Assembly: GCA_951406725.2 (NCBI GenBank) | Contig: OX597821.1 | Coordinates: 74,648,001-74,712,000, forward strand | From: Octopus vulgaris | Taxonomy: Eukaryota | Direction: 5' to 3' | Length of the DNA stretch: 64,000 nt | Shown here: positions 27,750 through 40,429 of the stretch, piece after piece | Position numbering within the stretch: the stretch's first letter is position 1 | Layout of the letters: each line of letters starts with the position of its first letter | Notes under the pieces: model-generated | Told to the model about the DNA's origin: nothing | The model's database searches: none | Seen by the model: only the letters and a program-made list of their open reading frames with translations | Translations under genes and position numbers: made by a program

Positions 27750-28540
27750 TGATCGAACGTCACATCCTTTTCCAAGTAAGTTTTATCTTAATAATTATGA
27801 TGCGCACTCTTCTTCTTTACTAATTTTTTACTATCTCTTCTCTGTCTATCTCTCTCCCTCTCTTGTTCTTCATCCTTTCTGGTTTTCTCTCCCACCCTTC
27901 CCTCTTCTTCTCCTCTCCCCGTCACCGTTTCCTCTCTCTTACTCCTCCTCCTCGACTCTCTCGTCGCTGACACGGGATCAGAGGGTAGCTATCTTTCCGA
28001 CTACTATCTTCATAAAGACCAGACCAGCTTATGCTGTCTCTTCATAAGCTCATCGCCTGAAGCATTCCGAATAATTTTTCCATCGTCTTGACTTAGCAGC
28101 CCTCATCGTTTGTTTTTACTGTTTTGTTCTCATTGTTCTGTCTTTTACTGTTTTTACTTTTTTATTATTTTTATTGTCTTGTTCTTCCTGTCATGTTCTT
28201 GTTACCACTTTCACCCTCCGCAAAGAATCCCAAATTTTATTTACTTTGCTTTGCGGGAAGAACTGTTTCAACGAAGTCGCGTCTTGTCCTTGCCTCGTAA
28301 CGCGGAGTAGATGAAACAGGAACAATTGCAGAAGGGGAATATTCCTTGTGTTGTATGTCGTGTACTCCGTTTTTTGCGTTGTTTGAAAAAAATTTCTTTT
28401 CTATGTTTTTGTTTTTTTGTCTTCGTTTCTCATTGTGTAACGTTTTTTTATGTCCTATATCCATATATGCAAGTATACATACATATATATGTAGGTAGGT
28501 ACATATAAGTATGTATATATGCATATATTTATATATTATT
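27750..28540 (+). mobile_element. Family P1 element
   Basis: Pyrimidine-rich body; GCGGAGTAGATGAAACAGG and TATGTCCTATATCCATATATGC shared with 30249-30480. Confidence 0.6.
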
Positions 28541-28854
28541 TTACTGAGTGATAGGTTAGAAATACACAGCTCTGTAGATACTTGACCGAATCCACGTTAA
28601 TTCAATAAGCAAGCTGATAAAGTGGTCGATGAACTGTAACGTTATGGTCGAAAATTCTGTTCGATATTCTATACACACACACACACACGTGTGTGTGTAT
28701 ACGTTACAATGAGATATACAACACCAGATTATCAGAAGCCTCTAACGAACTTACGCGCCTCGATAGTATGTGTTTAATAATTTAGAACATGACCGAAGAT
28801 GATAGAAACAGAGAAAGAGAGAAAGATAGAGGGAACGTGTATGTGTGTGCGCAT

Positions 28855-29160
28855 GAGAGAGAGAGGAAGCAAGGTAGTGAAAGGAGAGAGAGAGAAGGAG
28901 CGAAAGGGAGAGAGAGGAAGGGAGTGAAAGGGAGAGAGAGAGAAGGAGGAAGTGAAAGGGATTGAGAGAGAGAGAGTGAAAGGGGAAGAGAGGGAGGGAG
29001 TGAAAGGGAGAAAGAGGGGGTAGTGAAAGGGAAAGAGAGAGGCGGATGGAGTGAAATGGAGAGAGAGGGAGGGAATGAAAGGGAGAGAGAGAGGGAGTGA
29101 GGGAGTGAAAGGGATGGAGGAAGGGAGTGAAAGGGAGAGAGAGAGAAAGAGAGAGATGAA
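28855..29160. repeat. Polypurine minisatellite, core GAGTGAAAGGG
   Basis: About a dozen degenerate units of roughly 20-26 bp. Confidence 0.85.
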
Positions 29161-30048
29161 GTGATACATAAAGTGAGACATGCTCTGCGTAATTGCATCC
29201 CTGTGCATATGTGTGTGTGCGTGTGTGTTTCTGCATGTGTACAGAAGTAAATACGTGTGATTTCTTTGTATATTTTGTGTGGATCTGTGAATCTTTCTGC
29301 AGCAAGAAATCCCCAGATTGTTTCCATGATCAATATCTTGTCTCTGAGAAACGAGTGTTTATAATAAATTCTTAGTATTCACCGCTTTGCTCACAAGTAA
29401 CAAAAACTGTTTCTGCAGGCGTTGTCAGATTCGAGTAATTGTATGAATGAATACCATAAATGTTAGCCTAGTTGCTCGCTTCCGGCGAAACTACCGGCTG
29501 CAGTATTTTGTTGTGCTTAGACGAGAAACGGTTGACTCTTAATGACCCATTCCATCTCGATATAATGTTGTATAATAGAGACGAATGGTTAGCTGCATTC
29601 ATCCACAGTCAGCGGTTATTTTCGAAAAGAGTAGAATTGAAAGTAGACCGATTTTGTCCGTGTGTCTACAATAGACGAAATCTTGTAGCGATATAAAATT
29701 GGTGAATTAGCGAAATATTTGTCATGTGTATTATTGGTAGAGTTGACTGATATCATTGTTCTTTATTACTTAGCCAGACACAAGTCAGCAGTGATTGGGA
29801 GTACTAAGGATAATATTCGGGCCAACTATGACCATCTCGGGGTTTTCTAGAAATGACGCGGGACTGTGTGGTAAGAAGTATGTTTTCTAACCACATAGTT
29901 CGGGGTTCAGTCCCACTGCATAACACCCTAGACAAGGGACTTCTACTATAGCCTCGGAGGTGGGTTTGGTACACAGAAACTCAAAGAAGTCCATCGTATA
30001 CACACACACAAACACGCACGCGCACACACACATACACACTCACACTCA

Positions 30049-30088
<40 letters not shown>

Positions 30089-30091
<3 letters not shown>

Positions 30092-30202
30092 GGTGGGGCA
30101 AAAATGATCTGACGCATTTGTAGGTTTAATAACATTTTTTTCATTCTTTTCTCTATTTCGCTTTTATTAAACCTACAAATGTGTCAGATCATTTTTCCCA
30201 GC

Positions 30203-30205
<3 letters not shown>
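30089..30205. mobile_element. Tc1/mariner-like MITE
   Basis: About 44 bp imperfect TIRs (AAAAATGATCTGACGCATTTGTAGGTTTAATAA / TTATTAAACCTACAAATGTGTCAGATCATTTTT); right end CCTG; TA flanks. Confidence 0.85.
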
Positions 30206-30248
<43 letters not shown>

Positions 30249-30251
<3 letters not shown>

Positions 30252-30480
30252 GCGGAGTAGATGAAACAGGGACAACTGAAGAAGGGGAATATTCGGTGTT
30301 TGAAAAAGGTTTTTATGTTTTTGTTTTTATGTTTTCGTTTCTCATTGTATTCAACGTTTTTTTTTATGTCCTGTATCCATATATGCATGTATACATAGAT
30401 ATATACGGAGGTATGTACATATATGTATGTATATATGCATGTATTTATATATTATTTATATTATACTATATCATATTATA
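30249..30480 (+). mobile_element. Family P1 3' fragment
   Basis: Matches about 28299-28540. Confidence 0.65.
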
Positions 30481-30484
30481 TTAT

Positions 30485-30597
<113 letters not shown>

Positions 30598-30850
30598 GTG
30601 CGTATGTGTGTGTGTTTCTTTTGGTCTGTGTTTGTCCACCATCACCGCTTGACAACGTCCTCGTAAGTTAGAGTTCAGTAAACGAGACTGATATAATAAA
30701 TACCTCGCTAAAAAAATAAGTACCGGGTTGGATTCGTTCGGCTAAAATTTTTTTAAAGAGGTGCTCCAACATGGCCGCAATCTAATGACTGAAAGAAATA
30801 AAAGATAACCACCCCCCATATATATGTAAGTATGTGTGTATATTTATTTA

Positions 30851-31018
30851 TAGGAGCGGGTGTGTGGTAAGAAGCTTGCTTACCAACCACATGGTTCCGG
30901 GTTCAATCCGACTGCGTGGCACCTTGGGCGAGTGTCTTCTACTATAGCCTTGGGCCGACCAAAGCCTTGTGAGTGGATTTGGTAGACGGAAACTGAAAGA
31001 AGCTCGTCGTATATATGA

Positions 31019-31051
<33 letters not shown>

Positions 31052-31299
31052 TGTATGTATGTATGTATATATGTGTGTGTTTACGTTTGTGTGTCTGTGT
31101 TTGTCCCCCCCCCCCCACAACATCGCTTGACAACCGATGGTGGTGGGTTTACGTTCCAATAACTTAGCAGTTCCGCAAAAGAGACCGATAGTATAAGTAC
31201 TAAGTTTACAAAGAATAATCCCTGGGGTCGATTTGCTCGACAGAAGGCAATTTGCCAGCATGGCCACAGTCAAATGACTGAAACAAGTAAAAAGAGTAC
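30851..31299 (+). mobile_element. CORE-like SINE family B, full length
   Basis: Head, ACCTTGGGCGAGT, internal (TATG)n, tail CAGCATGGCCACAGTCAAATGACTGAAACAAG. Confidence 0.9.
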
Positions 31300-31620
31300 A
31301 TATATGAAATGTTTTTGATCATAAGTTTACCCCATCTGTGTTAACCTAGGGCTAAACGACAAAAATATTAATAATCTATAACAATTATCGTTTAACTAAT
31401 TATCTCTTTAATGACAGACCCTGTATTGTTCAATCTGCATTTCGTTACAAGTAGGTTTCAAACTTTTAATTTCAGTTCGACACTTTCAAAACCATATCTT
31501 AGTTTCTGATGTCTACACGTAAAATTGGTCTGGGAAGTTTCAAATTAGAAAATTACTATTTTTTAAATCTCACAATGTGACATATTCAGCAACAGTACTT
31601 TGAAGTAAAGATTGTTTGCC

Positions 31621-31862
31621 AACAGACAAACGGATTAAGCCGATTACATCGACCCCAGTGCGTAACTGGTACTTAATTTATCGACCCCGAAAGGATGAAA
31701 GCCAAAGTCGACCTCGGTGGAATTTGAACTCAGAACGTAGTGGTTGACGAAATACCTATTTCTTTACTACCCACAATGGGCTAAGCATAGAGAGGGCAAA
31801 CAAGGACAGACAAACGGATTAAGTCGATTATATCGACCCCAGTGCATAAATGGTACTTAATT
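31621..31862 (-). mobile_element. Tandem SINE family A units
   Basis: Junction GACGAAATACC|TATTTCTTTA at 31756/31757, equivalent to the junction at 24142. Confidence 0.88.
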
Positions 31863-31965
31863 GCAGGTCTTCCCATTCGGAGTCAGTTGAATAAAGGCTA
31901 TATACCAGCTGAAAAGTCGCACGATAGGGTATCTTTTAAGCTAGTATACATATATCTGTCTTTCT

Positions 31966-32262
31966 GGCACTCCGTCGGTTACGATCAACGGAACACCCTG
32001 CTCGTGAAAGTAATGCGCAAGTGGTTGAATACTCCACAGACACGTGTACCTTTAACGTAGTTCTCGGGGAGATTCAACGTGACATATGGTGTGACGAGGC
32101 TTCGAAATACAGGTACTACTTTTTTTGCCAGCTGAGCGGACTGCAGCAACATGAAATAAAGTGTCTTGCTCAAGGATACAACGCTCGATAAATACTCACA
32201 ACGCCCGGTCTGGGAATCGAAACCGCGAGTCCGCTGCTCTAACCACTGAGCAATTGCGCATC
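31966..32262 (-). mobile_element. Mosaic SINE: family C head and tail with a CORE-like middle
   Basis: Minus: TTCGATTCCCAGACCGGGCGTTGTGAG, then TCCTTGAGCAAGACACTTTATTTC as in 48996-49251, then family C tail. Confidence 0.8.
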
Positions 32263-32706
32263 GTGTTGTTTGGATGTGGGTGTGAGCATACACAACTGGA
32301 ATTTTTATACATTCCACCCACCACAAATCGGGCGTCAGGTATTAGTTCCACTCTCATACTATTAACATAGGAATCTATGATAAACTGTGATATCTTGTCG
32401 ATTAATAGAAACTTTTAGACACATTTTGATATGTTCGTTCTTAGTGAAGTTCTGTCATTGATTTGTAGTCGAATGACACGGAAACCTTATAATATTTTCA
32501 GTTCTTCTATTGACTGATTGCTCCCAAAGGAGGTCAGGCATCGCGTGAGCTGTCCGAAATATTGGTCTTACAAACTGATAGAGAAGACAAGTGGAGAGGC
32601 CAACTCTCCACGCCATTTCTATATCTGCATCTGCACACACACACATACACACACAGAGACACAGACACACGCACACACACACAAAAACACACGTGTGTCT
32701 GTGTGA

Positions 32707-32745
<39 letters not shown>

Positions 32746-32858
32746 TATATATGTATATAATGATATATATCTACATCTGAAAATATTTGTGTACACACGC
32801 ACGTAAATATACATTCCCAGCATGCGTATATATGTGTGTGTATTTGTGTGTGTGTGTT

Positions 32859-32911
<53 letters not shown>

Positions 32912-33242
32912 TATATTCGTCAGTAATTATATTGACCCATATTGACAGTAGCGAAACTGTCTCAGACATTTCGGCAACATCAGTGTTGCACTCTGAGAGA
33001 AGCTGTGTGAAGAAGCCTTGCCCTCTAAAAATTAGACCATCGGCCTTTCGGAATGAAGGGATTTAGAAAGTAGAAGGCGAAGAGGAAAATTGTGAGATTT
33101 CGACGAAATACAATTTTGGAATCGAAAGATTTAGTAAAAAATTTCTTACACCAAACTTTGTACTACTGGCTGCTAATTCCCTCTACTAATTGCAATCTTA
33201 CAAAATAATATTTTCGTGAGTACACGTACACACACACACACA

Positions 33243-33505
33243 CGCATCACAATGATCTGGTCGAGGCTGCTCCGATATTTGTAACCCGCGTTCGCCATCC
33301 ATCTCGGTTCTGCCTTTGTTGAATGAGGTCTTTCGAGGGGAGTGCAGTGTCTCCGATGAGTTGATCTACAAACGCTGTGTTCGGACGACTCGTTCGAGTA
33401 CTGCCGCGCTTTGGCATCCATAGCTAGCTCTTGTTTCGCTCGTCAACAACGTCTCACACAGCACTAACGTCTTTCTCGTATAATGTTGGAAACAGGCAGA
33501 TCTCC
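33243..33505 (-). mobile_element. RTE-type LINE 3' fragment, decayed
   Basis: DLPVSNIIRERR*..RAKQELA / LWMPKRGSTRTSRPNTAFVDQLIGDT..NRDGWRTRV resembles the RTE ORF C-terminus. Confidence 0.72.
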
Positions 33506-33964
33506 ATAAGCGTTCAGGTTTATGTCTATGTGTGTGTGTGTTTTACGAATTTGAAGGAATGAAGTTTATAAAATTTTCATTTCTAACTATTGTGCAATCA
33601 TGAAATCTGTAACCTATCGAATGGTCACACAGATTTCAATAGACAGCAGTAGTTCGTCCGCCGGAGTGTGCGGAAAATCCATCGGTTGGGCTGTGGAATA
33701 TTCTCTTCCATCAAACTACGTCTACAAATGAGGCTTCATTCTTGTAGCTTTAGAATTTAGGATTTAGATGCGAAATTAGAACACAAAACGTCTAATTTCA
33801 TAAATCAATATTATAAAACGCCTGGTCATCGCCCACCTATACCATTCTCCCTCGTCCCTTAAAACAGGAAGTCATAACACTTTAATGGTGTATTTTTCAT
33901 TAGGAAATCGTTTTATCACATTAATTAATTTTAATTAAATAATTCCTTCCAATTTTAACTCAGG

Positions 33965-34123
33965 GTGAGGAATTTTGACGGGTGAGATAAGTCGATTACA
34001 TTGACACCAATTTTTAACTGGTCCTTGTTTTATCGATGAAAAGTAAAGCCAAACTCGACAGAATTTGAATTCAGAACGCAAAGAGCCGGAAGAAATATCG
34101 CTAAGCATTTTGTCCGACCAGCT
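33965..34123 (-). mobile_element. SINE family A, old
   Basis: AAGTCGATTACATTGACACC..AGAATTTGAATTCAGAACG..GCTAAGCATTTTGTCC. Confidence 0.75.
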
Positions 34124-36540
34124 AAAAGACGTCAGAAATAATAAAACACCGAATTAAATGCTTCACATTCACATTCGTTTCCCTAATCTGCAACGGTTTA
34201 TCGTTCGAGTCAGTTCAATAACTAGAGAGGTATTCATTCAAGACTTTGCTCTTTAATTTGCGACCTTTTTTCCAATATTAAAACTGTAAATGAAATCAAC
34301 AGATCATATCTCCGACTTCCATAGGGCACCAAACTAGATATTTTAAAATATTTATTTGAATATAATTTTTAATTAAATTTCACATCTTTTATTCGCCTTT
34401 TTGTTTCCATCTCGGTGGCCAATAAACCACGTGCGGGAGACTTGCTGCGAGCGAAGTAAGTTTAAGGTTCTCTCTTCTAAAGCTTTACTGTTCTTCCCTG
34501 TACAAGAAACCAATATAAGCTATTTCCTGTCAAAGAATATTGCGTTGAAGTTTTCAGAAAACCATTCTACAGAAAATGCTTATGAAGTAATCATTTTGGA
34601 AATTGAACCGCATGAAGTGTATTCCATTATAAAGAAGAGTTTCATTTCATGTCCCTGAAAATATATGTTATTCTCAGAAACAAAACTGTTTCGAATGTTT
34701 TCAATTAAGCATCTTTTACGTGATAAATTTCAATTAACTTTGTCTAATAACAAAGCGAATATTGTCCATTACCAGGAATATATTGCGATATTTCAATTTT
34801 AAAAAGAACAAATATTGCTTCAGTTTCTTATGAAATGAAATAATGCTAACATGTATATATACGTGTACATACAGACATACATACACACATTCATACATAC
34901 ATGCATACATACATACATCTGCACACACACACATATATACATGATGTGTTTGTGTACATATACATATACATATACATAGAGACATACACACATTTCATAC
35001 ACACATATATGAATATGTATGTATGTATGTATACATATGTATATATATTATGTTTATATGTTATATATATATATATATAGATAGATAGATATAGATATTA
35101 TGCATACACACACACACACACACAAATTGAAAAAGAGTGAGAGATTTGCGTGTATATGTATGTATGTATATGCAGTGCCCGTTTTTAATTATCCGCCATA
35201 GTTTTATAACTATTCTTTTTTTTTGCCGGGAGAATTAGTTTCAGGCGCATCGTAGGACATGTTGTTTTTCTAGTTACAGAGATTGGGTTTGAACCTGAAA
35301 CGTTATATAAGTTACATTATTTTATCATATTGCCATAATCCTCTTCCCTTTTTGTTTGCTACAGAGAGCTGAGTGTCAGCAATTACCAGGTGTACCCTTG
35401 TAATTTTCTCAGAATTGGCGGGAAAATTAGCTGCCCACGTTTTACTGGACGTGATCTTTCTTGAGTCAATTCTTTGAAGATTTGATAAGGAAATTCTTAT
35501 TTCGTTGTTTTTATTGCGTTAGCCAAGACTGTATTTGCTCTAAGAGCAAAATTCAGTAATCAGTTTTTCATTCATTGATGATTTAAAAAAATCTACATGA
35601 TAATTTGGGCTGTGATTTTCTACTCGTCCGTTACACACTACCCACAGATCAAGACGATTTTCAAGTAATATATTTGAAGAAATATACGTGATTTTATGCA
35701 ATTTATTTATTGAATTCACATATGCCATATAAGGAAATTTGTGTTTTACTTTTTAGCAACGGTTATTTTACCCTTGTACACTATCGAAAATGTTCCTGCA
35801 TATTCCACTCTCGAATTTAGCAATAGCTGTTTGATGTAAAGAAGAGGATAAATGCGGATGAACTGAAAAAAAAAAAGAAAAGAAGTCAGTAAAAATAGCA
35901 ACAGATTTACTATAATCTTCCGTCGGAGAAACAATTCAGATGTAAGTGCAAATGTATTTCGATTTATTGAAGGCATTTTCTTGTAACACTTTAAAATGAG
36001 GATCTCTTTCCAGTTCCCTGTAAAATATAATACACACGCAGTCAAGACACACATACACATGCAAAACATATAGACACACGCACACACACTGACAGACATA
36101 AACGCGTGCCACAGAAAGACAAGATGGATTAGACAGGATGAGACGAAAGAGATGAGGAAACAAGAGGAACAGGAAGTCATTAAAGAGGCTTCAGAAGGTG
36201 AGACGAATAATAATAACAATGCTAAAGGGAAGATCAACTAAACAGTGCCTGTGTTTATAGGCGAAATATGCACCGCCCAAAATAACAATATAACATCAAT
36301 TCTAGTACTGATTATCCTCAGTCCACCTTCTTGTTCACACTCGAGTGTTTATCACTTTTTTCCATTTTATAGATAAACATTGTGTAAATTTGTATAAATT
36401 CTAATAAAAAATGTGGTATATTTACAAGACAATTTCTGAAATGTTTAATAGAGAATAAGGAATATTTTAAAGAAGACGAGTAATTTTTGTTAATGGTGCA
36501 TTTAGAAACCATGAAGACCACAAATTTGGATTTAAAACCA

Positions 36541-37014
36541 AAGACAGAAAATGTTTCAGCGAATAAAAAACTCTTTTTTCAGTCTGGTAAGGAGAGACCG
36601 ATTTGGAAAATTCTGCAAGAGTAAAACTTCTTCAGTGTGAATGCGGCAGTTTTACGTGATTTTAAAATATTCATCTATTATTGGATAGGAATTTTAACAG
36701 CATATACTAAATATAATACACCAGTGTCATTTAACAGTACTATAAATATTAATCAGGGCAGCTATCCTAAATTGGATGTGTTATTTAGAACGCCTGTAAC
36801 TGCGGTAAACGTCTCGAGAAATCATCTCGTGTAGATGACCAATGCTAAAAAGCAGAGGCTACCATATTGGGTGTCAAACGTTTCCTCTGCATCAGAAGTT
36901 GGCTCTACAGTATCAGCTGATTTCATCGTAAATTGCAGATCATCAGCAGTAAAATTACAAATAGCTAATTTATTCACAACTCGTGAGCTTTTCGCAACAC
37001 CACTGTCTGTCTGA
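36541..37014 (+). pseudogene. Decayed coding segment, possibly beta-sandwich (PKD/Ig-like) repeat
   Basis: One frame with stops at 36622 and 36832: TPVSFNSTININQGSYPKLDVLFRTPVTAVNVSRN..GSTVSADF..AVKLQIANLFT; codon-aligned paralog lies inverted next door. Confidence 0.4.
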
Positions 37015-37020
37015 TCAGTT

Positions 37021-37320
37021 TTATACTATATCAGTTTGGTTGATTTTCGATCTGACATTCGTTGCTTTGACAGTTATTGTTGATGATCTGTAATGTCCGG
37101 TGAAAGCACATGATACAGTAGTTCCGTCCGCCGGTGTTGACGAAAATTTCATCAGCCAGCTATTTGGGCTTTTCTTAGTATTTATCGTCTACTCAAGATT
37201 TTCCGAGACGTTCACCTCAGTTTCAGGCGTTCTGAAGAAACAATCCAATTTAGGTTGGACGTGCAACGTAATGTTCTGTACGAAGGATGCTTTTGTCGCG
37301 ATTAGCTAAAGTTCTTCCAA
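37021..37320 (-). pseudogene. Inverted paralog of the preceding decayed coding segment
   Basis: ASFVQNITLHVQPKLDCFFRTPETEVNVSENLE*..DGTTVSCAFTGHYRSSTITVKATNVRS. Confidence 0.4.
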
Positions 37321-37353
37321 TATTTTTAAATGTTTGAATGTTTCATAGAATTA

Positions 37354-37866
37354 TTGGATGTCTCCATTGAGGCAAACGATGGAACTCAACTATGGAAATT
37401 GATCGGAATTTATATTTGTGAATCTTTTCCTTATGCTCCATTGTAGCCTCCATAGAGATGATGGGCTGTTAGGCACGCACGATACTAATAGCTATGAATT
37501 ATATACACTAATAAAATATCTTCCTTAAATTATTTAGTGATGTAAATTTATGAATTATATTTGATACCCATCTTTGTATTACTTTAGTTTTACTATTGTC
37601 TTAGGCACAAAGTAAGTCTGTCCTTCCCGAATAACTCAACAGAAATATATTTTATATAAATAAGAATTCCAATCAAGCGTCTATCATTGTACAAAATATA
37701 TTTTCTAATATCAGTAGACGTATCTCTTCACTATCCTCTAGCAAAAAGACAATCTTTAGTAGAAATCATTATTACTCTGATTCCAATCATTCAATATGTA
37801 TGAATGAGCCAAAAAATATGATCTTCATTTATTCATCATTTTAGTTTAAATGTAAGAACAAATATT
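37354..37866 (+). mobile_element. Penelope-like (Naiad/Chlamys-type) reverse transcriptase relic
   Basis: [69 protein letters not shown] follows the PLE motif order FDVxMGxxDGAExCELxG / GLYRDDGL / SNHP / NVKTNIG. Confidence 0.78.
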
Positions 37867-38074
37867 AGTTTCACATTTTAGCACAAAGCCAGCAAGTTCA
37901 GGGGTAGAGGGTAAGACGACTGAAATCACTCCAGTGCTTAGTTTGTTCTCATTTTATTGACATGAAAGGCAAAGTCAGCTCGGCGGAATTTGAACTTAGA
38001 ACTTAAAGATGGACGAAATGCCGCTAAGCATTTTGTCTAGCGTTCTAGCGATTCTATCAGATGCTGCCCTATTA
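37867..38074 (-). mobile_element. SINE family A with TSD, inserted at the end of the PLE RT relic
   Basis: TSD TAAGAACAAATATT at 37853-37866 and 38075-38088. Confidence 0.88.
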
Positions 38075-38608
38075 TAAGAACAAATATTGTCCTTAAGCCT
38101 TCGGTATCACATAATCTTTAGCAGAAGCAAAGATTAAGTTAACTAATCTTGATAAAAATCCTTTGCTTGTTTAATTAATCGTTTCGATGAAAAAACCCCA
38201 AAACAGAAAACTATTCTCCTTTCTCCCTGTCCTTTCATTGCTGTAGACTAGTCTCTATGAAACCGCGATTCCTTTCGAAAACTCTGGTTGATATCACTAA
38301 AGTAGAGTCAAAAATGACTAGAGTCGAAACTTTTCCTGTAAATACTCGACTTCAGAAATTCAGAGAAGTGATTCTTGACAACTTTATTCGTAACTTTAAA
38401 TTTTCGAAATAATCATTCTGCTTGCTCTAATAATAAAATGGAGAAATAATAATCATACGCCGCCCTACATCCATGGAGCTGGTCGTTCAAATTTTCAATG
38501 TATTCAGTGTTTAAGCTAAAAACGTTTCCGACCGATTAGAAAGCGTGTTTGAATGGGGATGAAGGCTGTTTCTTCTTAACCTTTCTTGCATTCACATTAA
38601 TATGTTCT

Positions 38609-38828
38609 TACGAGAGTAAGAAAAGTTCTTTAAGGCTTTAAGGCAATCGTGAAAATCCTGTTTGGAGGCCCAACCTTAAGAGTTCTTTTACGAGGCTTAG
38701 AAAAACTGAAGAACTGCTGCAATAGGTTTGCAAATCTGAGAGTGTAATATGTTGAATAAAATAATAAGTAACTGATCGCCATTTATTTTTTTTTACCTAA
38801 AACCCGAAACGTTTCAGCACGCCCCTAA
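38609..38828 (+). mobile_element. Mariner-derived non-autonomous element, decayed
   Basis: Starts TACGAG; LEAQP*EFF..GLEKLKNCCNRFANLRV*YVE* resembles the mariner C-terminus; TIR-like end TTTCAGCACGCCCC. Confidence 0.62.
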
Positions 38829-38842
38829 TAGTTTTTTTTTCT

Positions 38843-39530
38843 CTAGTTTCAGCTCACCGCTGTGGCCATGCTGATGCACCACCGTTTTGCTATCCTATTA
38901 TTACTAAGAGCCTCCTCTAATATGTGGCACTTGGTGAAGCATGGCGTCTGATATAGCTTACCCTCATTTGCACCTCTTGCCGTGAGGTAGGTTCATCTGG
39001 GATTCTCGACAGGAAGAGGTCCAGCTTTGATTTAAAAATCCCTACATCTACTTTGAGCAAGTTCCTCAGACTCATTGGGAGAATATTAAAAAGCTGTAGG
39101 CCCTTGAAACCCAGGTTGTTGCAGTGTCGTCCCATTCTGGCATTGGTGCAGCTTTCAAAGCCAAAATTTGGCACAATTCCTACCAGGATCTTCCAGATAT
39201 ATATTACTGCATACCTATTTCTTTATTACCCACAAGGGTCTAAACACAGAGCGGACAAGCAAGGACAGACATAGGTATTAAGTCGATTACATCGACCCCA
39301 GTGCGTAACTGGTACTTAATTTATCGACCCCGAAAGGATGAATGGCAAAGTCGACCTCGGCGGAATTTGAACTCACAACGTAACGCAGACGAAATACCGC
39401 TAAGTATTTCGCCCGGCGTGCTAACTTTTCTGTCAGCTCGCCGCCTTTGTATTATTACTGCATACCGCTCCTGTCTTCTCTTCAGGGAGTAGAGTCTTAA
39501 CTGTTTCAACCTTTCCCAGTAGCTGAGTCT
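38843..39530 (-). mobile_element. CR1-group LINE 3' fragment interrupted by a SINE
   Basis: SYWERLKQLRLYSLKRRQERYAVI|YIWKILVGIVPNFG..QLFNILP..FKSKLDLFLSRIPDEPTSRQE; homologous to 59427-59850. Confidence 0.9.
39216..39452 (-). mobile_element. SINE family A, full length, nested in LINE
   Basis: TSD TATTACTGCATACC at 39202-39215 and 39453-39466. Confidence 0.93.
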
Positions 39531-40005
39531 AATTATTTTTTGCCTTTCTTTTTCTCGTGTTTAAAGCACTTCCTAATTGCATTCGTTTATTTAAGCACTT
39601 CCTAATCGCGTCGTTTATTGAAACACTGTCTTTCATTCACGCTTTTTCCTTTTAACACAGGTTTGTATTCAAGTTGCATAATATGTTGCCACCGAATGCT
39701 CTTTCTATATTCTTTTCGTTGTCATCTTCTCTTTTATTCTTCTTTCTAACAGAGAAATCACATCTTTTCTCCATTCCATTCTTTTTCTAAATTTTGATTA
39801 TAATTCATCTACAAAGATGGTACGCCAACTAGTATAATCCTTTTTGCTTCAATAATATTTTCTACTGGAAACCTTTGTAGGCGTTGGATTATTTCTATTG
39901 CATGCAGTTAAAACGTGTATCTCATATTCCATTCTTTACTATCGACCGAAGTTTAATATTAAAGATCCGTATCAAATTCTGGTATTTCCACTTTTCAATG
40001 CAGTG

Positions 40006-40090
<85 letters not shown>

Positions 40091-40106
40091 GTATGTATAT
40101 ATATAT

Positions 40107-40192
<86 letters not shown>

Positions 40193-40268
40193 TATATATA
40201 TATGTATGTATATGTGTATATATATATATGTAAATATATATATATGTATATATATATGTATACATATG

Positions 40269-40316
<48 letters not shown>
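40006..40316. repeat. Long imperfect (TA)n tract
   Basis: Seen directly. Confidence 0.95.
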
Positions 40317-40318
<2 letters not shown>

Positions 40319-40392
40319 TAGTTAGATAGATATAAACACACATATATACTTATTTATATATATTATTTCTGTGTGTGTGCATGTATGTATGC

Positions 40393-40429
<37 letters not shown>

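Noticed and set aside
28855-29160. CRISPR-like repeat/spacer arrays (also 51770-52100)
   Set aside because: Degenerate low-complexity units, no unique spacers, no cas genes, eukaryotic context
39805-39882. Further hammerhead-like relics (also about 58290-58340)
   Set aside because: GAAA and a stem present but the CUGANGA core is not recognisable
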